DNA from: an uncultured Methanosarcinales archaeon
Lineage (GTDB): Archaea > Nanobdellota > Nanobdellia > Woesearchaeales > DATGWN01
Assembly: GCA_964624275.1 (NCBI GenBank)
Contig: CAZUXP010000002.1
Coordinates: forward strand, 497 to 64,496
Reading direction: 5' to 3'
Length of the DNA stretch: 64,000 nucleotides
Of the stretch, positions 32,852 through 42,421 are shown one piece after another. Both the position numbers and the translations under genes were made by a program. The number at the start of each line of letters is the position of its first letter. Position 1 is the stretch's first letter. The notes under the pieces are model-generated. The model was given only the letters and a program-made list of their open reading frames with translations, searched no databases and had not been told where the DNA came from.

Positions 32852-33400
32852 CTAAAAAGAGACTTTTACGTTTTTTCGTTCTTGCTCACTTGCTTCAAAA
32901 GAATCTTTTTGTGAAAAACTCAACGCATTTGCAAAAATATTGTTTGGAAACATCTGAATTTTTGTGTTAAAAGTCATAACCATATCGTTATAGTGTTGTC
33001 TAGCATATGCGACTTTATTCTCTGTTCCAGACAGTTCTTCTTGTAATTGCAAAAAGTTTTGATTCGCTTTTAAGTCAGGATAATTCTCTGAAACTGCAAA
33101 TAATGATTTTAATGTTCCACTCAACATATTGTCCGCATCAGCTTTTTCAGACACTGAATCAGCTTGCATTAATTGTGTACGTGCCTTTGTTACATCATTT
33201 AAAACACCTTTTTCATGTTTAGCATATCCTTTCACAGTTTCAATGAGATTTGGAATTAAATCTGCTCGTCTTTTTAATTGGACATCAATTTGAGCCCATG
33301 CGTTTTCTACTTGGTTTTTTAATTGAACTAAACTATTGTATAAAAGCCATACGAATAAAACAAATAGTACAATTAAACCCCCTATAATCCATGCTATCAT
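32852..33400 (-). CDS. LemA family protein
   Basis: N-terminal TM helix and [32 protein letters not shown] (LemA core). Confidence 0.8.
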   Translation of the reverse strand: MIAWIIGGLIVLFVLFVWLLYNSLVQLKNQVENAWAQIDVQLKRRADLIPNLIETVKGYAKHEKGVLNDVTKARTQLMQADSVSEKADADNMLSGTLKSLFAVSENYPDLKANQNFLQLQEELSGTENKVAYARQHYNDMVMTFNTKIQMFPNNIFANALSFSQKDSFEASEQERKNVKVSF

Positions 33401-33478
33401 AATTATTACCTCCTAAATACGATATGAACATAAAATTGGATTTATAAATATTGTGTAAAAATAATTCATAATTACATT

Positions 33479-35263
33479 TTACTCATCTAATCCCCAAACA
33501 GGGTTTTGTTTTCGATTAATCTCTGCAATTTCTTTTAAAAGATTTTTTTGCTCTTCATTTAGCAGATGTTTTTTTTCTTTCATCTTCAAAAAATCACTTT
33601 CGCAAATCATCGAATAGAATATATCGCCTTCATCAATTTGTCGACCAATTGTAACACCTGAGATTGATATTGCGACTTGTGCACCTTTTTGTGCGTTTGA
33701 AACATCCTTGTTATTTTCTTGAATTGTTGAGACTTGATTTACTCGTGAACCATCTTTTTTCATCAAAAGCATGTTTTTTGTTATTTCACCTTGCAAGACT
33801 TCAACTCCAAAAACTGCGGGATTATTTTGTCTAAACGCACATCCATCCAAAAATTTACAACATCCGACCTTTGGTAATGATGAAATTTCTTGTTGTTCTT
33901 TTTGTGCAAACTTTTCTTTTCGCCATTCAACAAACTTTTCAATTAATTCATAAATAACAGGAGCAACAAAAACTTGCGTACCTTTTGGTATTTGAACGGG
34001 TTTTTTGATGTTAAATCCAAGTAATACTGCATTGTCTTCATCCGTTTGCAAATTTGCTTCAATTTCTAATAAATCACGTTTTGAAATCTCGCCAACGGAA
34101 GCTTCACGAACAGGAATATTTTCTTGTTTGAGTAATGTTACTAATGCTTCTAATGATCCAATCGTATCAGCTTTGACAATAACTCCTTTTTCATCTAACT
34201 CTAATTGCATCGATTGAATTTCTTTCATTATTTCTTTTTGAACTTTTGCGACATTTTCTTGAGTACAAACGGCAATTGGCATACCGCTTTTGACCCGATC
34301 TAAATTTGAACCGCAAATTCGAACACCCGTTGCAGCACAAACTGATTTTACGCTCACATATTTTCCTTTTTTATCTCTCATATCGCTCATCGAAGAAGGT
34401 ACAAATAATCCGCGAACTTTTGTCACTGTTGGTTCTTCTAAATCACCAATAACAACAATATCATTTACTGAAATCGTTCCATCATAAATAATAACATCGA
34501 GTGCAGTTCCCATACCTATTTCATCTTTAACTTCTAAAATTGTTCCTTTTGCAGGACCGTTTGCACTCATATGAAGTTTTTGCTCTAGATATTTTTGTGT
34601 TAATGCAGAAAGTACTAATAATAACTCAGGCATACCATCCCCTTTAAGTGCAGACGTTGGAACAAGTGCTACTTCTTTTGTGAAATCAGAAACCCGATCA
34701 AAACGCTCAGCAGGAAAACCTAATTCGTATGATTTTTGTACAATTTCATACATTTTTGTTTCAAACTCACTCTGCAGTTGCGGTGTTTGCTTTGCAATAT
34801 TTGCAAGAACTGATTTTTCTTGAGTTTGAGATTGTGTTTTATATGAATTAAGCGTGTCGATTTTATTTACCGCAATAATAAATGGTGTTTTTGATTCTTG
34901 TAATATTTTAATAGACTCTATTGTTTGTGGTTTAAACCCTTCTTTAATATCAACAGCAACAATTGCAATATCTGCTAAAGAACCACCACGTTTTCGTAAA
35001 CTGGAAAACGCTGCGTGACCAGGAGTATCAATAAATAATAATCCTGGGATTGTAAATGTTAGTTTCATTTGTTTTGCCAAATCACCGCATTTTTTTTTAA
35101 TGACTTCAATTGGAATAATTGATGCACCAATTGCTTGAGTAATTGAACCGGCTTCATTTGCAACAATATTTGTGTTTCGAATAAAATCTAAAATAGATGA
35201 TTTACCGTGATCTACATGTCCGACTACTGCGCAGATTGGCGAACGCATGCATTTATCTTCCAT
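33479..35263 (-). CDS. infB: translation initiation factor aIF5B (IF-2)
   Basis: G1 GHVDHGKS, G3 DTPGH, and the C-terminal beta-barrel domains. 594 aa with no intein. Confidence 0.9.
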   Translation of the reverse strand: MEDKCMRSPICAVVGHVDHGKSSILDFIRNTNIVANEAGSITQAIGASIIPIEVIKKKCGDLAKQMKLTFTIPGLLFIDTPGHAAFSSLRKRGGSLADIAIVAVDIKEGFKPQTIESIKILQESKTPFIIAVNKIDTLNSYKTQSQTQEKSVLANIAKQTPQLQSEFETKMYEIVQKSYELGFPAERFDRVSDFTKEVALVPTSALKGDGMPELLLVLSALTQKYLEQKLHMSANGPAKGTILEVKDEIGMGTALDVIIYDGTISVNDIVVIGDLEEPTVTKVRGLFVPSSMSDMRDKKGKYVSVKSVCAATGVRICGSNLDRVKSGMPIAVCTQENVAKVQKEIMKEIQSMQLELDEKGVIVKADTIGSLEALVTLLKQENIPVREASVGEISKRDLLEIEANLQTDEDNAVLLGFNIKKPVQIPKGTQVFVAPVIYELIEKFVEWRKEKFAQKEQQEISSLPKVGCCKFLDGCAFRQNNPAVFGVEVLQGEITKNMLLMKKDGSRVNQVSTIQENNKDVSNAQKGAQVAISISGVTIGRQIDEGDIFYSMICESDFLKMKEKKHLLNEEQKNLLKEIAEINRKQNPVWGLDE

Positions 35264-35377
35264 ATTTTCAAAGAATACGAGTTTCTTTTTAAAGGTTACT
35301 TTTGTGTTAGTCAGTTGTATTAGTAAGTTATCGGTTCACACCAAAAACTTATAAATACGCAGATTTTATTCAAACAC

Positions 35378-35884
35378 ATGAACATAGACGCATATAAAAC
35401 ATTAACACAGAGTCCAAAATTCACCGAATGGATTACACAAAATCCACAATATAAACTCGCACATTGTTTTTTCTTAAAAGATTCTAAAGCAAAAAATGAC
35501 TGGCATTTTGGGTTTATCGATGAAAAAAGTCAAGAACTAGTTAACTTCATAGTTCATAACACTAAAATCATCCAAGAAAATCACACCGAACTTGCAAAAG
35601 AACCAAATCAACAAGTGCTTCCACTTGATATTAAAAAAGTTACAATCACAAAAGAAGAAGCAGAAGACATTTTACTCAAAGTCGTTGAAGAACAAAAACA
35701 AGGTGGAATTACAACGACTATTTTTCTCCTCCAACACATCCCAATGATTGGAACTGTTTGGAACCTTACTGCAGTAACACTAGCTTGGAAAACACTCAAT
35801 GTCAAAATAGATGCGCAAACTGGTGAAGTAAAACTTACTAGCACAAAATCACTCTTTGATGTGAAAAAATCTGATAAAGTATAG
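35378..35884 (+). CDS. hypothetical protein
   Basis: 168-aa ORF with no recognisable motif. Confidence 0.4.
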   Translation: MNIDAYKTLTQSPKFTEWITQNPQYKLAHCFFLKDSKAKNDWHFGFIDEKSQELVNFIVHNTKIIQENHTELAKEPNQQVLPLDIKKVTITKEEAEDILLKVVEEQKQGGITTTIFLLQHIPMIGTVWNLTAVTLAWKTLNVKIDAQTGEVKLTSTKSLFDVKKSDKV

Positions 35885-36045
35885 GTTAAAGTATACAGTT
35901 TTAATAAGATATATTCAACTCCCACACTCTTTATAAACAGAGTTTCATAATATTCTATACTGATGGTAAGTATCAGTAAAATTGGAATAAAAGAGATGTC
36001 TAAAGCAAAATCCCTACTTGATTTTGGTGAAGAAGAAGAAGAAAA

Positions 36046-36375
36046 TTAAAGTTTTTTTTGAACCGCATCAAAATCTTCGCGAGTTATTTTTCGCGATTTT
36101 TTTTTAAACATTCGACTCGTCTTTTTATTGATAGTTTCAACAAATGAAAAGTCTGCATAACAATCACGAATTGTTAATCCGGTAGAATTTTCTTGTATTT
36201 GTATAAAAAAATCAGCACCATATTCATAAATACCTACAATATGTAATGTTGTTGGTTCATAACAAATACACAAATCTTTGGGTGAAATCGTTGAAATATC
36301 TCCACCTAAAAAGTCGCTATCTAGAAATATTGTTTTTCCGCTTTGCAGTGTTCGATATAAAAAGTATTGTGTCAT
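36046..36375 (-). CDS. hypothetical small cytoplasmic protein (4-nt overlap with the antiporter gene)
   Basis: ATGA overlap with the upstream transporter suggests translational coupling. Confidence 0.4.
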   Translation of the reverse strand: MTQYFLYRTLQSGKTIFLDSDFLGGDISTISPKDLCICYEPTTLHIVGIYEYGADFFIQIQENSTGLTIRDCYADFSFVETINKKTSRMFKKKSRKITREDFDAVQKKL

Positions 36376-37637
36376 TTTTTCTCAACAAGTATATCTCGTT
36401 TTAATGGATGATACAAACCACCAAACCAATTTTTCTCCGTGACAAAAACTAAAATTGATGTCAAAATAATACTAAAAAAAACAACAGATAATGCAAGATT
36501 ACCTAACATTCCGGCAATACTTGCAAACTCAACATACTCAGATAATTGAAGTGATATTAATTGCGCAAGCACGGCTGCCGCTAAACCTTTTGGAACCATA
36601 ACTTCAAGAATTGTTCTCTCCGTTACACTTGGTTTATCTTTTATGAATGCAGTATATATAACCATAGGTCTGATAAAAAACAAAACTACTGTTATCACAA
36701 GCCCCATCATGATAATCGAAATACTCGTAAAATCAATTAACATACCTAAATACACAAAAAAAACGACTTTGAGTAAAAAAGAAATTTCCGAATAAAAACT
36801 TAGCGCACTATGATCGAAAACTGGATGAACAGTTTCATCATCACTTGGTTTTTGAAAAAAAGATAAAAATTGTTTTGAATTGCCAACAACAATACCAAAC
36901 GCTAAACATGCCAATGCACCACTTCCTCCTATCCATGGCGTTTGTACTAAGGAGTATAATATTAATAATGCGCCAATTGTAACCATATATGCTTGCGATA
37001 ACGACTTAAATTTTGTCAAAAGAAGAGTCCATAAAATTCCTGCAAAAACACCACTACCAACACCAAGCGATATTGAAACAAGCGCAGATTGAAACAATGT
37101 TTCAGGTGCCATAATACCCGTTTGAATAAAACCTAAAACTGCTAATGAACCAACAATACATAATACATCACTAAATGCTGATTCAAGCATTAAAGATGAA
37201 GAATACTTTTCTTTTAAAACAATATTTTGTAAAATTGGAACAGTGACAATTGCTGATGTTCCACCTAGAATTGTTCCCATTAAAAGTGATATTTCCCACG
37301 CAAATCCAAACACAATTAAAATACCCATTATACCAGCTACTGAAAGAAAGAAATTTGCTAAAGTTAATTTTGTTGCAGTTGTCATACTTTTCAGTAATTT
37401 TTTTAACTGTATTTTTAACGCACCTTGAAATAGAACATAGAGTAATGCAAATGTAATAAACAATTCAGCTATAACGGAATCTTGTAATGGTTGAATACCA
37501 AAAAAAACTTTTATAATTATACCAATAAATATTAAAATTAACACATCAGGAATATTTGTTCGTTTAAAAAGCAATTCAGCTAAAAAACCAATAAAAATGA
37601 CAATACCAACCGTAATAAAAATAATATTTGTGTCCAT
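36372..37637 (-). CDS. monovalent cation/proton antiporter (CPA family, NhaP-like)
   Basis: About 11-12 TM helices and an N-terminal GFLAELLFKRTNIPDVLILIFIGIII motif typical of Na+/H+ exchangers. Confidence 0.55.
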   Translation of the reverse strand: MDTNIIFITVGIVIFIGFLAELLFKRTNIPDVLILIFIGIIIKVFFGIQPLQDSVIAELFITFALLYVLFQGALKIQLKKLLKSMTTATKLTLANFFLSVAGIMGILIVFGFAWEISLLMGTILGGTSAIVTVPILQNIVLKEKYSSSLMLESAFSDVLCIVGSLAVLGFIQTGIMAPETLFQSALVSISLGVGSGVFAGILWTLLLTKFKSLSQAYMVTIGALLILYSLVQTPWIGGSGALACLAFGIVVGNSKQFLSFFQKPSDDETVHPVFDHSALSFYSEISFLLKVVFFVYLGMLIDFTSISIIMMGLVITVVLFFIRPMVIYTAFIKDKPSVTERTILEVMVPKGLAAAVLAQLISLQLSEYVEFASIAGMLGNLALSVVFFSIILTSILVFVTEKNWFGGLYHPLKRDILVEKK

Positions 37638-37674
37638 TTATTTAATTCAGATTATTTAGGGTTTATAAACATTA

Positions 37675-38976
37675 TTACAAACCAAGTGTTTGCATAACTT
37701 TTTCTTTATCAAACTCTTCTAAATCGTCATACATTTGTCCCACACCAAAATACACAATCGGCTTTTTAGTCACATACGACACAGAAATAGCAGCTCCGCC
37801 TTTTTCATCAATATCTGCCTTACTTAAGATAATCCCATTCACACCAACAGCTTCATCAAATTTAACTGCCTGTTCAATGCAATCATTTCCCGTAATACTT
37901 TCTCCAACAAAAAACGTAAAATCAGGATTTACAACTCGATTTATTTTTCGAAGTTCATCCATCAAATTTGAATTAGAATGTAAACGTCCTGCGGTATCAA
38001 GTAATACAACATCTATTTTTTTTGCTGTTGCATGTGCGACTGCATCAAATGCAACAGCTGCAGCATCAGCACCATAATCGTGTTTTATCAACTTCACACC
38101 AAGTCGTGTTGTGTGTTCTTCCAACTGTTGAATAGCTGCTGCTCGAAATGTATCACACGCACCAACAACACAAGAAATATTATTGTTTTGTAATAATTGT
38201 ACAAATTTTGCAAGATGAGTCGTTTTACCCGAACCATTTACCCCAATAAACGAAATAATATATGGTCTTTTTGTTGAAATGTTTTTGAGTATATCTACTT
38301 TTTCAAATGTTAAAATTTCTGTAATACTTTTGTGCAATGTTTCTTGTACAACCGTTGATATTTTACTTCGCTCAACTGCATTATTAACGAGTTTTTTTTG
38401 TAAATCAATTTTGAGTTTTTCAATAACTTCTACTGCCACATTATTTTCTAACAAAACAATTTCTAAATCAAAAAATAATTCTTCAAACTGTTCCAGTGAT
38501 AATTTTTTCTTTGTTATTTTTTCTGTAAAACGTGAAAAAAAACCTTTTTTCTCAGCTTGTTTTTCAACCGAAACAGGTTCAGATTCTTCTATTGTTTCAT
38601 TTTTTTTAACAGCCGATTGTGCAACAACTTCAATTTCTGATTTTTGTTCTTGAATCATTTCTTCAACTGGTTTAGATTGTTTTTCTTGAATTTTTTTTTC
38701 TTTAACAACAGTTTGCGATTCTTGGTTTTTTTGAATTATAACATCGGATTTTTTTGGTTTATCTACCAAGACTTCTTTTTTGGGAAGCTTTGAATCTGGT
38801 TTTGAATCTGATTTTGAATCTGATTTTTGTTTTTGAACAGTTTTTTTTTCAGGTTGCATTTGAATTTTCTCAACTGGTTTTGAAATTTCCTCAACTTGTT
38901 CTTCTGCTTTCTCATCTACTTTTTTACTAAAAGAAGAAACTGCTGATTTAATTTTATCTTTTAAAAATTTAAACAT
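37675..38976 (-). CDS. ftsY: signal recognition particle receptor FtsY
   Basis: SRP GTPase motifs GVNGSGKTT, DTAGR and SKADIDEKGG; charged repetitive N-terminal region. Confidence 0.9.
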   Translation of the reverse strand: MFKFLKDKIKSAVSSFSKKVDEKAEEQVEEISKPVEKIQMQPEKKTVQKQKSDSKSDSKPDSKLPKKEVLVDKPKKSDVIIQKNQESQTVVKEKKIQEKQSKPVEEMIQEQKSEIEVVAQSAVKKNETIEESEPVSVEKQAEKKGFFSRFTEKITKKKLSLEQFEELFFDLEIVLLENNVAVEVIEKLKIDLQKKLVNNAVERSKISTVVQETLHKSITEILTFEKVDILKNISTKRPYIISFIGVNGSGKTTHLAKFVQLLQNNNISCVVGACDTFRAAAIQQLEEHTTRLGVKLIKHDYGADAAAVAFDAVAHATAKKIDVVLLDTAGRLHSNSNLMDELRKINRVVNPDFTFFVGESITGNDCIEQAVKFDEAVGVNGIILSKADIDEKGGAAISVSYVTKKPIVYFGVGQMYDDLEEFDKEKVMQTLGL

Positions 38977-39388
38977 GGTGAACCTCAGTTATTTTTTGTT
39001 GTGTTTCATCTAAATCTTTTTCAAGTTTTTCTAATTGTTTTTCAAATTGTATTTTATATGATTGCAACTCTTGAATTTGTTTTTCTAATACACCCACCGT
39101 TTCAGTTTTTGTTTTTGAAACTGCAACTTGTGCACCTACAGTAAGAACGCACGATGAAATTTCTCCGATTTTTGCAGGAATATAAATACCATCTGCGATT
39201 TCAACAAATGTTTGAGATTCATTTTGAGAAGTGATTTCGCTCAATATATGTATTGCGTTTTGAAATGATTGTGTTTTTTCTTCAATAAAATCTAACTGCG
39301 AAACTAAAAACTCAATTTGTTTTTGAATCATATCAAAACGATTATGCAAAGTTTGAATATCTTTTCTTTCGTTACTCATCTTCCTCAT
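38969..39388 (-). CDS. pfdA: prefoldin alpha subunit
   Basis: Coiled coil, two beta hairpins (IYIPAKIGEISSCVLTVGAQVAV) and a second coiled coil. Conserved position between eif6 and ftsY. Confidence 0.7.
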   Translation of the reverse strand: MRKMSNERKDIQTLHNRFDMIQKQIEFLVSQLDFIEEKTQSFQNAIHILSEITSQNESQTFVEIADGIYIPAKIGEISSCVLTVGAQVAVSKTKTETVGVLEKQIQELQSYKIQFEKQLEKLEKDLDETQQKITEVHHV

Positions 39389-40058
39389 CTAAAAATCCAA
39401 GCGCTTCATCAATATGTACCAATTCTGAACCACTCGTTGCTTTACCTATTATAAAACCATTTGAATTTGGAACTAAACCGCTTTTTATGTACGGGGACTG
39501 CATATTTACTGTTCCTTTTGTTAAGGGTATTTGTAATACTTCCTCAAATAAGTCTAATGTTGAATCTGACGCTTGGGGATGCACGATTCCCCCTTTTTTA
39601 TTGAATGCGATGCATGAACCGACAACATCTGTGTCCGCAATTTCAACACGATGGACTGCTTGAACATCAACGCTGTTTTTTATCGCTTCAATAGCCGAAT
39701 CTTCAAATTCTTTACTGACAAAAAGCGTTTTGTTATTATAAATCATATTATTTCCAAGAGCAGTTAGTTTTGTTGGAACCGAAACAACTTTTAATCCGGT
39801 TTTTTGCAACGAAGTTACTTCAAAATCAAATGCAATATCAGGAACAAAAATATATTCATCCGTCATATAAATAAAAATTCCTACTAATGACGTGCCACAT
39901 ATTGTTGTCTGTAAAATCGGTGTTTGTAAGACAACCTTAATATCTTCAATATCAGTTTCTCTAACTGACATTCCAATAATTGTATAAGTATCAGATGCTG
40001 CAATGTATAATCCAACATTATCTGAACCGAGAATGTCAATTTTTTGAATATGTTTCAT
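39372..40058 (-). CDS. eif6: translation initiation factor 6 (aIF6)
   Basis: Five-fold repeat protein; ILGSDNVGLYIAASDTYTIIG matches the eIF6 family. Confidence 0.8.
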   Translation of the reverse strand: MKHIQKIDILGSDNVGLYIAASDTYTIIGMSVRETDIEDIKVVLQTPILQTTICGTSLVGIFIYMTDEYIFVPDIAFDFEVTSLQKTGLKVVSVPTKLTALGNNMIYNNKTLFVSKEFEDSAIEAIKNSVDVQAVHRVEIADTDVVGSCIAFNKKGGIVHPQASDSTLDLFEEVLQIPLTKGTVNMQSPYIKSGLVPNSNGFIIGKATSGSELVHIDEALGFLDEEDE

Positions 40059-40134
40059 AGTAAATACAGAAACTGAATGTATTTATAAAAGTAATTGTCA
40101 ATAAATGCAAGGTATATATACCAAACATACTTAT

Positions 40135-40923
40135 CTACAAAGATTTTGAATCTAATTGCAGTTCTTGACGAAGTTCTTGAGCTGGTTGCTGAATAAAAAA
40201 ATCACCGAAATGCTCGTCTTGATGGATATCTATTTGTTGCGAATTCGAAAGATGCAGCAATGGAATAAAAGTGTAAATTTGATCTTTTCGAGATTTTGAG
40301 GGAATGAGTTGGGAAAATGTTAATGGTTTATGTTTATTTTTTGAGAAATACTCTTTAATAGCAGTGTGAACAAGATCCATAGATGATGAAATATCAAATT
40401 GTTTTTGTGGAATGTGAACTTGCGGAATATCAAGTGGTAAATTTCGAATTTGTCTTCGTTTATTCACTTCAATCGCTTGTTCTAATGCATCAATTAAATC
40501 ATATACCGAAACTTTTCGTTTTCGCGGCTGCGGAGTTCGCTTTTGCAACGTATACGTTTCTTCTGTCTGGGATGTATCATCTTGTGATTCTAATGATTCG
40601 TCATCCATTGAAAAATCATCTAAAAACTCTTCATCTTGCCGTTCAGCTGAAGAAATAAGTTGATCTAAAATAGTCATATCTTCCGATACAAATCGTTGAG
40701 ATTTCAATTTTAACAATAATGCAGATGCAAGAACAACTTTACCTGATAACTTAAAATTCATCTCAGTTAAATTTTTTAATCTGTTTAAAAACTCAGCCGC
40801 TAAGGCGCTCAAGTCTATATCCCATGGATTCATCTCATGAGATTTGACTGCATCCATAATCATAGCTTGCCAAGAAATATCATCACCTTGCAATATATTA
40901 TCCAGAATTGTAGTTTGACCCAT
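40135..40923 (-). CDS. scpA: segregation and condensation protein A (ScpA kleisin)-like
   Basis: N-terminal NPWDIDLSALAAEFLNRL...VLASALLLKLKSQ matches the ScpA N-domain. Acidic linker and a winged-helix C-terminus. Confidence 0.5.
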   Translation of the reverse strand: MGQTTILDNILQGDDISWQAMIMDAVKSHEMNPWDIDLSALAAEFLNRLKNLTEMNFKLSGKVVLASALLLKLKSQRFVSEDMTILDQLISSAERQDEEFLDDFSMDDESLESQDDTSQTEETYTLQKRTPQPRKRKVSVYDLIDALEQAIEVNKRRQIRNLPLDIPQVHIPQKQFDISSSMDLVHTAIKEYFSKNKHKPLTFSQLIPSKSRKDQIYTFIPLLHLSNSQQIDIHQDEHFGDFFIQQPAQELRQELQLDSKSL

Positions 40924-40989
40924 TATTATAACACCAGCACTCAGTATTTATAAACCTTACTTTTGTATAGTTTGCGACAAAAGTTCTTT

Positions 40990-41080
40990 ATAGTGCGATG
41001 CTTTCAAGACAGTTGTCCATCTTGCCGAAATTACTCTGCATACAAGGAAAAACTGCAAGTTTTTCACGCACAGAAAATCA
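40990..41080 (+). ncRNA. candidate small RNA or conserved intergenic element, copy B
   Basis: Paralog of 11690-11780, with a TATA-like CTTTATAG about 25 nt upstream of the conserved block. Confidence 0.3.
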
Positions 41081-41171
41081 AAAAGATTTTCTCATGAATC
41101 GACCAATTTTGTGATTTTACTTCAAGGCACTATAATTTATTAATGTTGCAAACTAGTACATTTATATATCA

Positions 41172-41918
41172 TTACTCAATCACTGTTCCTTTGCCATTCT
41201 TTTCTTCTAAAAATAATCTGACGCTTTTCAAATCCTGACCATTCACAATAACAACTTTTAATCCATTTTTATATGCATATTTACTTGCAATAATATCAAA
41301 AGGTGAATGCGAACCAGCAGACCACGAATCTACACCAATTATTGCAAAATATTCTTTCCAAGACAAATTTTTAATTGGTTTTTGATTTGAATTACTTCGA
41401 GGATCTTTTGCATACACATAATCAATATTCGTAAGATTATAAACTGTTTTAGCATCCAAATGTTTTGCAAACCGAGTTGCAACATAATCTGTAGATGAAC
41501 CAGGTTTCATTCCATATGCAAAAAAAACATTATATTTTTTTGTATCTAATTTTTTTAGCGTGTTTAATATTTTTGGAAATACTTGAATATGAGACTCTTT
41601 TTGTGAATACGCAACCATTATTTCTTTTACGAGTTGTGCATTTAACTTAGTTGACTGAATACCCAACCAATCAGCCGAATTAAAATTTTGCGTAGAAACG
41701 TCTAATAATTTAGTAGCCTCATTTAAACCTCGAATGTATGTTCGAGCAGTTTTTCCGCCACCAATTACTATACAACACGAATATCCTTTTACTAAAATTT
41801 GAGATATCATTTGCACAAAACACCGTAAATATTCAACTTGAATTGTATTTTTTACAATAATTGAACCACCCAAAGAAATCACTACTGTTTTTGACATAGA
41901 ATTAAGCTCTTTTTTCAT
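41172..41918 (-). CDS. pyrH: UMP kinase (archaeal type)
   Basis: Amino-acid kinase fold VVISLGGSIIV, VIGGGKTARTYI and GIQSTKLNAQL. Confidence 0.6.
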   Translation of the reverse strand: MKKELNSMSKTVVISLGGSIIVKNTIQVEYLRCFVQMISQILVKGYSCCIVIGGGKTARTYIRGLNEATKLLDVSTQNFNSADWLGIQSTKLNAQLVKEIMVAYSQKESHIQVFPKILNTLKKLDTKKYNVFFAYGMKPGSSTDYVATRFAKHLDAKTVYNLTNIDYVYAKDPRSNSNQKPIKNLSWKEYFAIIGVDSWSAGSHSPFDIIASKYAYKNGLKVVIVNGQDLKSVRLFLEEKNGKGTVIE

Positions 41919-42028
41919 CTAAACACCTGATTATGTATACTAATATAAAAAATCTCTGGTTAGTATAGGAATAGTAATATTTATATAGGTTTGATACTCT
42001 ACACCATACTGTTTGGGGAAATGACATA

Positions 42029-42421
42029 ATGGTAATACTATTTGATCAATTTAATTTGCCGGAAGATATTTATGAAATTATATTTGCAACACCACAACAA
42101 AAAATTGTTGCAAAGGTTTTAATAGACTTCATTAAACAAAATGGTGGAGAAATAAATAAGACTGAAATGTCATATTTTGCAACAAAATTACATGAAGGTA
42201 TTTTGGAAACTGAAATTGATGAACCTGGTTATCGGGGAAAAATTGTCAAGCTTGCATATAATAAACGTCAATTTTATGATCGAATCTTAACTCCCATGAA
42301 AAGCATGGGTTTAATACATTTTAATTTATATAAAAAGACATACAGAATTTCACAAGATTTCTCTAAAAATATTGTAAACATTGGTCTTCTCTGGACGCAA
42401 GAAGTAAGGAGTATTGACTAA
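42029..42421 (+). CDS. hypothetical protein (possible winged-helix)
   Basis: 130-aa ORF with no motif. Confidence 0.35.
   Translation: MVILFDQFNLPEDIYEIIFATPQQKIVAKVLIDFIKQNGGEINKTEMSYFATKLHEGILETEIDEPGYRGKIVKLAYNKRQFYDRILTPMKSMGLIHFNLYKKTYRISQDFSKNIVNIGLLWTQEVRSID

Noticed and set aside
35995-36048. 17-codon ORF MSKAKSLLDFGEEEEEN
   Set aside because: Too short, no homology recognisable, and it overlaps the 3' end of a minus-strand gene. Probably chance.
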